DNA of 48,509 nucleotides, taken from positions 1 through 48,509 of the forward strand of contig JBHLON010000028.1 of NCBI GenBank assembly GCA_048940445.1, read 5' to 3'. The position numbers were made by a program, and so were the translations under genes. Below are positions 39,623 to 48,509 of the stretch, one piece after another. This DNA is from Promethearchaeota archaeon. GTDB taxonomy: Archaea; Asgardarchaeota; Lokiarchaeia; Sigyniarchaeales; SOKP01. Within the stretch, counting starts at the first letter, position 1. Each line of letters opens with the position of its first letter. The notes under the pieces are model-generated. The model had not been told where the DNA came from, searched no databases, and was given only the letters and a program-made list of their open reading frames with translations.

Positions 39623-40924
39623 ATGGTTAAAACAGAAAAGTTAGTTGAGGATAAAATCACTCCTGATTTTGTTCCTATGATAAGAATCGTTTTTTGGAAT
39701 TCTCTCGGGTTTTTTTTCTTTTGGTTTTTAATACCCTATGTTTCTAGACAATTATTAGGAGTTAGTGCCTCAGAATTAGGAATTGCCTTTGCATTTCAAA
39801 CTTTCGGAGGTTTACTTAGTGCTCCACTTGTGACATTTTTAACAGATCGTGTTTCGAAGAAATTACTTGTGCTAATTGGTAGTTTTGGGAGAGGTGTCGC
39901 ATATGTTATTATGTATATTGGAATATTAGTGATTTCTTTACCTATTTTTATTGCTGGTTTATTTACATTAGGATTTTTTGTAGGATTTTTTTGGAGTCCA
40001 TTATATGCCTTAATGTCAGAGAAATCTCATAAATCATATCGATCTTCTGCTTTTGGGAAACAAGGTGGAATGCTAGGATGGGGAAATTTAGTAGGATCTG
40101 TATTAAGTTTCATTATCTTCGGATTAGCAAATTTATTCGTAGCAAATAATCGATTTATAGTGTACAGCCCTTTATTATTATTTACAGCATCAAATATTTA
40201 TGCAGGAATTATTTTTAATCGTCAAGTTGATGAATTTTTGACATATGATTTACACATCGGAAGAAATAGTTTATCAGAAGAAACACTAGAAACTGTAAAA
40301 TCTGAACATACTAGTAAAGAGGTTAAGAGTTCTAAATTAACCATCGGATTTATTATTGGATTTATTGTTCTTGTTATTGCATTTACAACCAGTAACATAA
40401 ATCAAACAATAGGTCCGCCTTATTATCAATTATATCTTATGGATGAATTGAAGATTACTAACGGAGTTTTAGTAATGCTAATCTATTTTCCAAGTCAGAT
40501 TATTTCTCTCTTATTATCTCCAAAAATAGGTAAAATAGCGGATAAAGTAAACCCAATTATAGGTATAGCCTTTGTTAGCGGATTTGGTTCATTAGTAACT
40601 TGGTTGATAATTAATACAACTAACGGAATAGTATTCTCTATAATGCTTTTATTCGACTCTACATTAGGATGGGCCGGAGGTTTGATTCTGCAAAATATTT
40701 TGAGTCGAATATCTAAAGGGCATAGAGGAAAAATATTTGGAATTTCTCAGTGGATGAGTTTTGTAGGGGCAATTTTAGGACCATTAATTGGAGGGTTTGT
40801 ATATCAACATATAGGTATTCGATATCCTTTTATAATTTCAATATTTGTCGAGTTATCAATAATACCACTCTATATAATCGCTATTAAATTACTTAAACCA
40901 TATATGGCTGAAAAATTTGAATAA
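39623..40924 (+). CDS. MFS transporter
   Basis: 12 TM segments; motif-A-like LTDRVSKK and GKIADKVNP; RGKIFG. Confidence 0.9.
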   Translation: MVKTEKLVEDKITPDFVPMIRIVFWNSLGFFFFWFLIPYVSRQLLGVSASELGIAFAFQTFGGLLSAPLVTFLTDRVSKKLLVLIGSFGRGVAYVIMYIGILVISLPIFIAGLFTLGFFVGFFWSPLYALMSEKSHKSYRSSAFGKQGGMLGWGNLVGSVLSFIIFGLANLFVANNRFIVYSPLLLFTASNIYAGIIFNRQVDEFLTYDLHIGRNSLSEETLETVKSEHTSKEVKSSKLTIGFIIGFIVLVIAFTTSNINQTIGPPYYQLYLMDELKITNGVLVMLIYFPSQIISLLLSPKIGKIADKVNPIIGIAFVSGFGSLVTWLIINTTNGIVFSIMLLFDSTLGWAGGLILQNILSRISKGHRGKIFGISQWMSFVGAILGPLIGGFVYQHIGIRYPFIISIFVELSIIPLYIIAIKLLKPYMAEKFE

Positions 40925-40964
40925 TATTCTTTAGTAAAAAATTTTTTATAATTATTAATCGATT

Positions 40965-41519
40965 ATGCCAATTGCTTTTGTTTTAGTATTTGATGAAAAA
41001 AGTACATCGCAATTAACTCATCTTTCGAAGAGTTTTATAAAGGAAAATATTACTTCTTTAGAGCCTAAAGTAAGACCACATATAACACTAAATGTTTATT
41101 CATATATAGATACAGAAATCGCTAAAAAAAGGCTAATTCAAATTTGCAATCAATTCGAGCCATTTAAGATTCAATTCAGCAGTATAGGTTATTTTCCTTC
41201 TGAGGAAAGTGTTATCTTCTTGAATCCAAAAACTTCATTCAAGCTATTAACAATTCAGCAACGTGTTTTTGAACTTTTCAATGATTTTAAAGCTGAAAGT
41301 ACTCCAGAAGATTGGAATCCTCATTGTACCCTTGTAACTTATGTGTCTAGTGAAAAACTCCCAAAAGCTATTGATATAATAAAGAAAGGTATAATTATGA
41401 CAATGGATCAGCCATTCTATGCAATAGCAAATGCTATAGATGTGATTGATTTTGAGAGAGAACCATTGAAAATTAATTCCATAAATAAATTCAATTTAAA
41501 AGGTGATGTTAATAAATGA
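40965..41519 (+). CDS. 2H phosphoesterase / 2'-5' RNA ligase family protein
   Basis: Two HxT motifs, PHITL and PHCTL. Confidence 0.88.
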   Translation: MPIAFVLVFDEKSTSQLTHLSKSFIKENITSLEPKVRPHITLNVYSYIDTEIAKKRLIQICNQFEPFKIQFSSIGYFPSEESVIFLNPKTSFKLLTIQQRVFELFNDFKAESTPEDWNPHCTLVTYVSSEKLPKAIDIIKKGIIMTMDQPFYAIANAIDVIDFEREPLKINSINKFNLKGDVNK

Positions 41520-41535
41520 TAAGAATTGCTTTATA

Positions 41536-42513
41536 TTAACTAAAATATCTTTTAAAAGTGCGACATATAACAAAGTTGATCCATAACTTATAATCTTTGA
41601 TTCGTGCGCCTTTGAGTAATTTTAAATTCCAGTTTCCATCTGTTCCTTGTTCTTTTATGAACCACTTAAGTGCTCTACTTATTTGTGGATGTTCCTTATT
41701 GAACCCGATAAAATAAAGAGAATCTAATGAAGATAAAAGATCAGTAAACCAAAAAGGAAATGTGAATTTCGTCCAATAACTTTTATCACCTCGTGCAGGA
41801 TAATTATCTCTTTCAAAAAATCGTGATAATAAAAGTTCACCAGCTAATCTAACTTCAGATTTCCTTCGATATTTAGAATGAGCAGCGAATGCTCTCAGAA
41901 TAACTCCTGTTACCATATATGAAAAAGGTTTATTTTTAATAGGCTGAAGGATTTCTTTAGAAGTTACTGCATCTTGCCATTTAATTCTGTATGTTTGTAT
42001 CGGTATTACCCAACCTCCATCATTTTGTCTCATAGATAAAAGCCAGTTAAGACATTTTTTAGTGCGCTGATCATTCTCATAACCTGCTTTAATTAGAATC
42101 TCCAAGATCCCAGCGGAATAATTAGGAGAATATTGTGTTCCATAAATGCCCCGGAAATCTCCCTCATCAGTTTGAAAAGAAAATAAATATTCAGCTGCTT
42201 TCTTTATTGAGGGTTGTGACTTTTTAAACTTATATAATTCAACCAAATAACCCAATTGGCGATAAGTTTCTAATTGATTATAATTCTCCTGAGTTTGAAT
42301 GTCTTCCTTCCTACTAGAATATTTCCATGCTCCATTTTTCTGTTGTTTTTTCAGGATTTTTTGAGCTTCCTCTAACTCCCATATTTGTTCTATTGAACCT
42401 AAATCTTTTTCTTCAACTAGTTCTGTCTTTACAAAACATAGCAATGCTCTACTGGTTGTGGTAAGAAGAATTGGTATAGGATCAAAATTTAAATGCTTTC
42501 TCCACCCACTCAT
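41536..42513 (-). CDS. Prenyltransferase/squalene-cyclase-repeat (alpha/alpha barrel) protein
   Basis: QW-type repeats QQKNGAW, QTDEGDF, QNDGGW and QGTDGNW; no DxDD motif. Confidence 0.7.
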   Translation of the reverse strand: MSGWRKHLNFDPIPILLTTTSRALLCFVKTELVEEKDLGSIEQIWELEEAQKILKKQQKNGAWKYSSRKEDIQTQENYNQLETYRQLGYLVELYKFKKSQPSIKKAAEYLFSFQTDEGDFRGIYGTQYSPNYSAGILEILIKAGYENDQRTKKCLNWLLSMRQNDGGWVIPIQTYRIKWQDAVTSKEILQPIKNKPFSYMVTGVILRAFAAHSKYRRKSEVRLAGELLLSRFFERDNYPARGDKSYWTKFTFPFWFTDLLSSLDSLYFIGFNKEHPQISRALKWFIKEQGTDGNWNLKLLKGARIKDYKLWINFVICRTFKRYFS

Positions 42514-42527
42514 TTCAATATCTCTTT

Positions 42528-43454
42528 TTATAATTCGATAAATTTATTAAACCACCCCATAGGTAGTTCATTCCTTACTTCTTCTAAAAATTCTTGTATA
42601 GAATTTATTCCAAATTCTGAAATTACTCCTGTTATATATTCTGGTGGAGTTTTGTCAAAATAGTAATTATGAACTTTTAATAACTTATTATCGAATGCTT
42701 TATTATATACTTGCTCTATCGGTTTTTCTTCTATTTCAACACTTAACCCATAATGACTCATTAAGTTGTATTTGAATGAATCACAGATTGCATAAACCTC
42801 AACTTTTGCAGAGTTTGCTAGAACTGCCAAGGGATAAGTCCCTATCTTGTTGATAATTGAACCATCTTTTAATATACTATCAACTCCAATAAAAATGATA
42901 TCGATATTATCAATAAATTTACCCATTGCAGCATCAATGATAAGATGACATTCAAATTTATTAGATAAGATCTGGACAACTCGATGACCTTCCAAAAGAG
43001 GACGAGATTCCAAAACATAAAGAACAAGATTTCTTTTATTATAATGAGCTAATAAATCTATGATTGTAGAACTGTGAGAGATCAACATTAGGTTTAGATT
43101 TTTCTTTTGCTTAGTTTTTAAAAAAGAATTAAAGTTTGAACTCATTGTTGTTAAAATTTGTTCTCTCTTTTCATTTAATTTATTTATTCTTGAATAAATT
43201 GAATTCATAGTTATTATTGATAAATCATGAATTAAAAAACCTATTGTATTAATTAATGGCGCCATGCTAGGCCTCGAAGATATTATTTCTTTTGATAATG
43301 TTAAAATGAGAGAGCTTATATCCTTATTTCCATCTTGAATATCGTTCAGTTGATTAGTGATAATATTCAAAGCTTTTCCTATAAATTCATTAGCTCCAGA
43401 TTGATTATCTTCCTTTAATTTCTTAATTTCTTTGAGAATTTTTTTAGATATCAA
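42528..43454 (-). CDS. eIF2B alpha/beta/delta family protein
   Basis: QSGA, SRPSMAPL, ESRPLLEG, GVDSI...INKIGTYPLA and YFDKTP..YITGVISE motifs. Confidence 0.88.
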   Translation of the reverse strand: MISKKILKEIKKLKEDNQSGANEFIGKALNIITNQLNDIQDGNKDISSLILTLSKEIISSRPSMAPLINTIGFLIHDLSIITMNSIYSRINKLNEKREQILTTMSSNFNSFLKTKQKKNLNLMLISHSSTIIDLLAHYNKRNLVLYVLESRPLLEGHRVVQILSNKFECHLIIDAAMGKFIDNIDIIFIGVDSILKDGSIINKIGTYPLAVLANSAKVEVYAICDSFKYNLMSHYGLSVEIEEKPIEQVYNKAFDNKLLKVHNYYFDKTPPEYITGVISEFGINSIQEFLEEVRNELPMGWFNKFIEL

Positions 43455-43480
43455 AATAATTCATTAATAGTTTTATAATT

Positions 43481-43978
43481 TTAATCTAAAATTTTATCGG
43501 CACTTTTCACATAATCGGGTATATAACTAGTTTTAAGTAGATTAGAATTTCCCGTAGCTATCAATTTGTGTTCTAGATTATAAATTTTTGCAGTTGCATG
43601 TAAGATATTTTTACCTTCTCGTAGTATTCTACCTATAACTCTTATTTTTTCTCCGACTTTCACTTTCCCTAGATAATCAACGTGAAAATCTATAGTAATT
43701 GGAAAGCCTTCATAGCCTAATGTCGCAGTTGTCATACCTATTGTATCATCCATTAAGCCACATTGCATGCCGCCATGCAATAAACCCGTTGGATTTGCCA
43801 TTTCAGGTCGTATTTCAAATTCTAACTCTATTTTTCCATAGCTGGCTTTAATAACTTTCCCATTCAGCCATTTTGAAAATGGTGGTATGGGGAGATCCTT
43901 CAATTCTTGGTTTTTAAAAGAATTAAATAGTTTTATCATTCTTTCTGAACGTTTTTTTATCTTATCTATCTCTGTCAT
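43481..43978 (-). CDS. PaaI family thioesterase (hotdog fold)
   Basis: NPTGLLHGG....D motif. Confidence 0.92.
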   Translation of the reverse strand: MTEIDKIKKRSERMIKLFNSFKNQELKDLPIPPFSKWLNGKVIKASYGKIELEFEIRPEMANPTGLLHGGMQCGLMDDTIGMTTATLGYEGFPITIDFHVDYLGKVKVGEKIRVIGRILREGKNILHATAKIYNLEHKLIATGNSNLLKTSYIPDYVKSADKILD

Positions 43979-44091
43979 TTTTAATCAAAATATCAATAGC
44001 ATTATAGAATTTTAATAAATGTACTTTATATGATTATAGCATCCTTATAATTAAATTTTTTATAAAGTCTTAAATTTTAAAAGCAATTTTT

Positions 44092-44433
44092 TTAAGATAT
44101 TTTTCCTAACATTCGAGTCATTTTCCTCCTATAGTCTTGGAATGATTTCCGTCCTTGTTCTGATAAGTGAAGCAGAGTTTGAGGCTTTTTTCCTTTGAAT
44201 CTCTTTTCAACAATTACATAACCAGCCTCCTCTAATTTAGTGATATGTGAAGATAAATTCCCCCAAGTTAAACCTGTTTGATTTTTTAAAAAAACCATAT
44301 CTGCACTCTCTACAACAAATAAATAAGCCATAATACTAAGACGAGCAGGTTCATGAATTAGTTTATCAATATCTGTAATTGATTTGATATCTTCTTTATC
44401 TTTATTATTATCACTCGTCTTAAACCAGCTCAT
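44092..44433 (-). CDS. Winged-helix transcriptional regulator (HTH_34/ArsR-MarR-like)
   Basis: LIHEPARLSIM and LTWGNLSSHITKLEEAGYV motifs. Confidence 0.9.
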   Translation of the reverse strand: MSWFKTSDNNKDKEDIKSITDIDKLIHEPARLSIMAYLFVVESADMVFLKNQTGLTWGNLSSHITKLEEAGYVIVEKRFKGKKPQTLLHLSEQGRKSFQDYRRKMTRMLGKIS

Positions 44434-45086
44434 TATTTGATTTTGTTTGGTTTGGGATACTTATGTAAAAATTTAAACAGATATACTAATCCTATTATTA
44501 CTATAATCCCTCCAGGTATACCAAATCCAATTATAGTATCTAAAGGGCTTCCTAAGAACGAAAAAATTAAATCAGAAGCAAAAAAACTTAAGCCTGCCAT
44601 TAATGAGTAGATATAAAGACGATTGAATCCCAAGAAGTATGCAATAATACTAAAAGGAATTGTAAATGATATTAGACCTATGGCTAATGGAGTTAATGAT
44701 CCTCCGAGCGCAAGAAATTCCAAGAATCCAAAAAAGGTTAATATAAATACGATAACTCCAAATAAAACATTAACTAAGAGAAAAATTTTTAAACGCTTTT
44801 GACGAGCTTTTCTTTTCTCACCAAATTTAACGATTCCCAATCTTGGGATGGTTATGAATTTTTTCCCAAGATAATAGATTAGTAATGTTACTATATTCCA
44901 TATTATTAAAATAATCATTAAATCAAATGGCTCAAAAATCTCAAAAAATATTCGAGTCCAGCTGAAACCTAGACCTAAAATCAACATGCCTATAAAAATA
45001 TCCCAAAAACCATCTTCAAAGAAAGATCTATATACTTTCTTCTCTAATGCTTTCAAATCAATATCTTTATCAATAATTTCATCCAT
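44433..45086 (-). CDS. Six-TM membrane protein (paralogue B)
   Basis: IDLKALEKK..EDGFWDIFIG, PRLGIVKFG and FLHKYPKP; overlaps both neighbours. Confidence 0.8.
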   Translation of the reverse strand: MDEIIDKDIDLKALEKKVYRSFFEDGFWDIFIGMLILGLGFSWTRIFFEIFEPFDLMIILIIWNIVTLLIYYLGKKFITIPRLGIVKFGEKRKARQKRLKIFLLVNVLFGVIVFILTFFGFLEFLALGGSLTPLAIGLISFTIPFSIIAYFLGFNRLYIYSLMAGLSFFASDLIFSFLGSPLDTIIGFGIPGGIIVIIGLVYLFKFLHKYPKPNKIK

Positions 45087-45729
45087 ACTTAAGGACCTCT
45101 TCTTTTGGCTTTGGATATTTTTTAAGAAATAGGATAAAAATTACTATTCCCATAATAAGAATAACAGTTCCAGTACTTCCATATGATATTAACCACCTTA
45201 TTCTATAATCTATAGAACGGTCTAATATTTCATTAATGATAATACCTGTCCAAATAAGTAATCCTATGAGGTATACTCTTGGAAATTTTAGTAAATAAGC
45301 TATAGTTATAAAAGGAAAGGCAATGAAAACAATGCCTATAATTAATATAAAAGTAATTCCTTGCACTGTAACTCCTGAAGTAATTCCAAAGAAAGGTAAA
45401 AGAAAAACTATCAATGTAAATATAAATTGTGCTAAAATAATAATAAGCAACTTCATTCTAATCGATTTATGTTTTGGACCAGGCTTAACAAATCCAATCC
45501 TAGGTTTAACAACATATATGATAAGAAAAAATAATATTATGCAACCAATACAGATAAGAATTAGTGGCCATAAGAAATATCTATAAGGCTCAGGCAAGGC
45601 TTCACGAAATATAGGCCCAAATGCCATTCCTGTATAGATTAAGCCAATTATAATATCAAAAAGACCATGTTGGTGGGCAGTCTTGAGAATCTTTTTCTCT
45701 ATAGCCTTAAGATCAATAACTTGAGTCAT
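45079..45729 (-). CDS. Six-TM membrane protein (paralogue A)
   Basis: IDLKAIEKK..QHGLFDIIIG, PRIGFVKPG and FLKKYPKP. Confidence 0.8.
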   Translation of the reverse strand: MTQVIDLKAIEKKILKTAHQHGLFDIIIGLIYTGMAFGPIFREALPEPYRYFLWPLILICIGCIILFFLIIYVVKPRIGFVKPGPKHKSIRMKLLIIILAQFIFTLIVFLLPFFGITSGVTVQGITFILIIGIVFIAFPFITIAYLLKFPRVYLIGLLIWTGIIINEILDRSIDYRIRWLISYGSTGTVILIMGIVIFILFLKKYPKPKEEVLKYG

Positions 45730-45874
45730 ATTTTTCCACCCTTGGATTAAATTATAATATTTTCAATAACATAACTCCAAATTTTATATTTTATCTTCGT
45801 TTTTTCCTCCTTTTATATATTTTTTTTTATTTTTTAATTGATAAATAAAAAAAATTTTATTATATTTTCAGGTT

Positions 45875-47542
45875 TTATTCAAGCTTTTTCAATTTCTTCA
45901 TGCCAAAATATAACAGTGGCAAGCTGACTCCTATATTGTAAAGGAAAACAATCCCATGCATATTTAGTATCAATATTTCAATCGTTTCTGGTTTAATGAA
46001 AATCAACATTATCATTGGGAGAAACATTAATGGTTGAAGGAGAAGCATTGAAATCATGGCATTAATTTTCATATTTGAATCTTTCTCCCCAAAGGCAGGA
46101 GAGAAACATTGAATACCCATAGCCTGAGCCATTGAGATTTGCGCAAATAATAAAAATTCGGCAAAGAAAATCAAGGCGTTTATAATATTGAGATTTATAA
46201 ATATTGAGAATAGAATGGTAATAAAGATCGCAATAAAAATATTCAATATAAGTATTGCTTGCAAGTAAGAATATACGATCGCTTTTATTCCTCGTGGTGA
46301 TCTCTTATAAACCCATATTAAATCCTTTGAATCAACAAAACCAAGATGACCTAACATTACACTTCCTACACCACCTCCGAGTGCAATTATCATTGTTGTA
46401 ACCAAAGTCCTTCCAACTACATTATCTCCCATTCTCGAGAGAAACCATGACATAAACCCTAGAAGCCCGATAACATAAGCAATTCTTGCCATATTAGCTT
46501 TTTTCCTAAAAAATCTCTTTAGTTGCATTATGATCAAACCTCCCCATTTACGACCTGTAATTTTTCTCAGTAACAAATAGAATAGATTTTCGTTATTCAC
46601 TATTGATATAATACTTTTTTCATTACCACGTTCTAAGGTATAAAATGACTCAGCTTTTTTATAAGAAAGGTATAACGCTATTAAAGGAACACCAACAGCC
46701 AGAAGAATGTTAAACCATATATTAAGAAAGAAAGTATTGAGTAAAATTGGATCTATACTGTATAAAATTATATTAGAAAACCATAAAGAAGGATAAACAA
46801 CTAACCAATTTTTTAGTTCAGGATGCATCATCAGCTCATTAAGGAAAAATATTACTGCGTACATAATGACTATCAATGCGATTGCGAAAATCATTATCAA
46901 TGCTTTTCCCAAATCTCTTGCTTTTTCGCTTTTAGAAATTTTGTGTTCAAGCCAACTTGCTATAATTGATCCTATTAAATTCGCAAAATATACGAGACCA
47001 AAAACACATATATATATTATAAGGTATTGGATAAGTGTTAGATCTATAATAGGATTTATTAAACCGACGACGATTGGAGCAAATATTAAGACTGCCATGG
47101 TATAAATTGGAAATTTGCCTAAAAATTCACCAAGAAAAATATCATTTGATCTAACAGGAGCCGCTAATAATGATTCCTTAAAACCAATCTCACTCTCTCG
47201 ATAAACATTATTTAAGGGATACATAACGAGTACTAAGAATAGTGTCATCATAAAAGATTCGATTAGAATTGCAACAACAGGTTTGAATATACTTGAGTAT
47301 TGTGTGGCCAAAGTTGGCATAAACATGTCAAATAAAATAGGAGCACCAATAAACGCCCATATGAACAATATAAAAGATACTATTGCAAAAAAAAGCTTTC
47401 GATGGTTTCGGAAATTACTTGTTCGAATTCTAATTTCATTTTTTGCAATTACCTTCCATAAACTCTTTTCTTTATACATTGACTTCTTTTGTGTTTTATC
47501 AACAGATAACTGATTTAATTCTTCAGTAGTTAGAACTCTCAT
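45875..47542 (-). CDS. ABC exporter permease (multi-TM, tandem ABC-2-like)
   Basis: Many TM segments, LLAAPV..DIFLGEFL motif, directly downstream of an ABC ATPase. ATG 47542 has a GAGGT SD and avoids overlap with the ATPase. Confidence 0.78.
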   Translation of the reverse strand: MRVLTTEELNQLSVDKTQKKSMYKEKSLWKVIAKNEIRIRTSNFRNHRKLFFAIVSFILFIWAFIGAPILFDMFMPTLATQYSSIFKPVVAILIESFMMTLFLVLVMYPLNNVYRESEIGFKESLLAAPVRSNDIFLGEFLGKFPIYTMAVLIFAPIVVGLINPIIDLTLIQYLIIYICVFGLVYFANLIGSIIASWLEHKISKSEKARDLGKALIMIFAIALIVIMYAVIFFLNELMMHPELKNWLVVYPSLWFSNIILYSIDPILLNTFFLNIWFNILLAVGVPLIALYLSYKKAESFYTLERGNEKSIISIVNNENLFYLLLRKITGRKWGGLIIMQLKRFFRKKANMARIAYVIGLLGFMSWFLSRMGDNVVGRTLVTTMIIALGGGVGSVMLGHLGFVDSKDLIWVYKRSPRGIKAIVYSYLQAILILNIFIAIFITILFSIFINLNIINALIFFAEFLLFAQISMAQAMGIQCFSPAFGEKDSNMKINAMISMLLLQPLMFLPMIMLIFIKPETIEILILNMHGIVFLYNIGVSLPLLYFGMKKLKKLE

Positions 47543-47549
47543 ATTAAAC

Positions 47550-48383
47550 TTACCTCTTTTTGGTTTTCCTTTCCTTTTTACTTCGCTTTTTCCGTTCCTT
47601 CTCATTATTCGAGTTTTCATGTCTCCAAGCTAGTAAGTCTTCAATATGGGAAGCTCCAGTGACTTTTAAATATGCTTCTTCTAAATTCTTAACTCCTAAT
47701 GACTCCGTTATCTTTTTTGGAGTACCTTCAATTTTTAATTCACCATCAACAATAATGCCAATTATATCACATAATTCTTCAGCAATATCTAGAAGATGAG
47801 TACAAATGAACACGGTTTTATCGGCTTTTTTTGCAAGTTCCTTTATTAGATCTTTTACCATTCGAGCAGCAGCAGGATCTAGATTTGATGTTGGCTCGTC
47901 TAAAAAGATAATTTGTGGATCCTGAATTAAAGCAGCACATAAACATACTTTTTGCTTCATTCCCCTTGAATAACTCTCTAAGAGATCGTTTTTTCTATCT
48001 TCTAAATCGAAAAGTCCTAATAATTCGTCGATTCGGGCTGAAATTACCTCTTTAGGCAAATAATATAATTCTCCAATAAATTCCAAGAATTCTCGTGCAG
48101 TTAATTTTGAATATAATCCAGGAGTTTCGGGTAAGAATCCACAAATCCTTTTTATTTCATTATTTTGCATATTTAGATCATATCCACCAACAATCGCATT
48201 TCCAAAAGTTTTAGAAATTATTGCATTAAGCATTCTTATCGTTGTTGTCTTTCCTGCTCCATTTGGTCCCAATAAACCATATGTTTTTCCATATGGTATT
48301 TTTAAATTCAATTCTTTCACTGCTGAAAGATTACCAAAACTTTTAGTCAGATTTTGGGTCTCTATTGCATATTTTACTTCCAT
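47550..48383 (-). CDS. ABC transporter ATP-binding protein (multidrug/ABC-2 type)
   Basis: GPNGAGKTT, YSRGMKQK, FLDEPT and H-loop CTH. Confidence 0.95.
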   Translation of the reverse strand: MEVKYAIETQNLTKSFGNLSAVKELNLKIPYGKTYGLLGPNGAGKTTTIRMLNAIISKTFGNAIVGGYDLNMQNNEIKRICGFLPETPGLYSKLTAREFLEFIGELYYLPKEVISARIDELLGLFDLEDRKNDLLESYSRGMKQKVCLCAALIQDPQIIFLDEPTSNLDPAAARMVKDLIKELAKKADKTVFICTHLLDIAEELCDIIGIIVDGELKIEGTPKKITESLGVKNLEEAYLKVTGASHIEDLLAWRHENSNNEKERKKRSKKERKTKKR

Positions 48384-48509
48384 TTTTTTTACATCTAAAT
48401 TATTTTTATTTAATTATTGTTAGCTTTGCATGGCAAAGTACTTTATGATACAATAAAATATTTTCATATTTAAAGCTTTGTATCGAAAGTAGGAGGTAAT
48501 CTTTATGCA

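Noticed and set aside
47543-47620. Basic N-terminal extension of the ABC permease overlapping the ATPase
   Set aside because: A better ATG with an SD exists at 47542; the extension is an alternate-frame read of the ATPase tail.
891-47799. The other short (63-114 aa) ORF-track entries nested in or antisense to long genes
   Set aside because: Fully overlapped by well-supported CDSs and lacking recognisable motifs.
1-48509. CRISPR arrays, tRNA/rRNA genes, IS elements, selenoprotein read-through
   Set aside because: By eye I saw no regularly spaced repeats, GC-rich structured RNA, transposase motifs or TGA-interrupted redox genes. Covariance-model searches were not run.

Overview
Gene-dense, strongly AT-rich archaeal chromosome segment, most likely from a Lokiarchaeia (Asgard, Promethearchaeota) genome. 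This assignment is an inference from a Rab-like small GTPase, a HEAT+LRR protein, a Loki-CTERM-type sorted surface protein, archaeal porCD-A-B genes, GGTG-type Shine-Dalgarno sites and many lipid/acyl-CoA catabolic genes. It holds about 42 CDS: pyrG, two divergent 4-hydroxybutyryl-CoA dehydratase paralogues, beta-oxidation enzymes, a GH5 glycolipid-hydrolase-like gene opposite a DMT/PIG-L/SCP2/Gfo cluster, a free-standing LAGLIDADG protein, an eIF2B-family protein, transporters and regulators. I saw no rRNA, tRNA, CRISPR array or IS element. Main observations: (1) the 2-oxoacid:ferredoxin oxidoreductase beta subunit is circularly permuted, with the break inside the ThDP-binding motif. (2) The Rab-like GTPase is only complete if it starts at a non-canonical ATT or ATA codon, and it sits 4 bp upstream of a TrmB-like regulator. 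(3) A decayed duplicate of the 3' end of a Zn-dehydrogenase gene brackets a transporter gene. (4) A CDF transporter carries two winged-helix-like domains.
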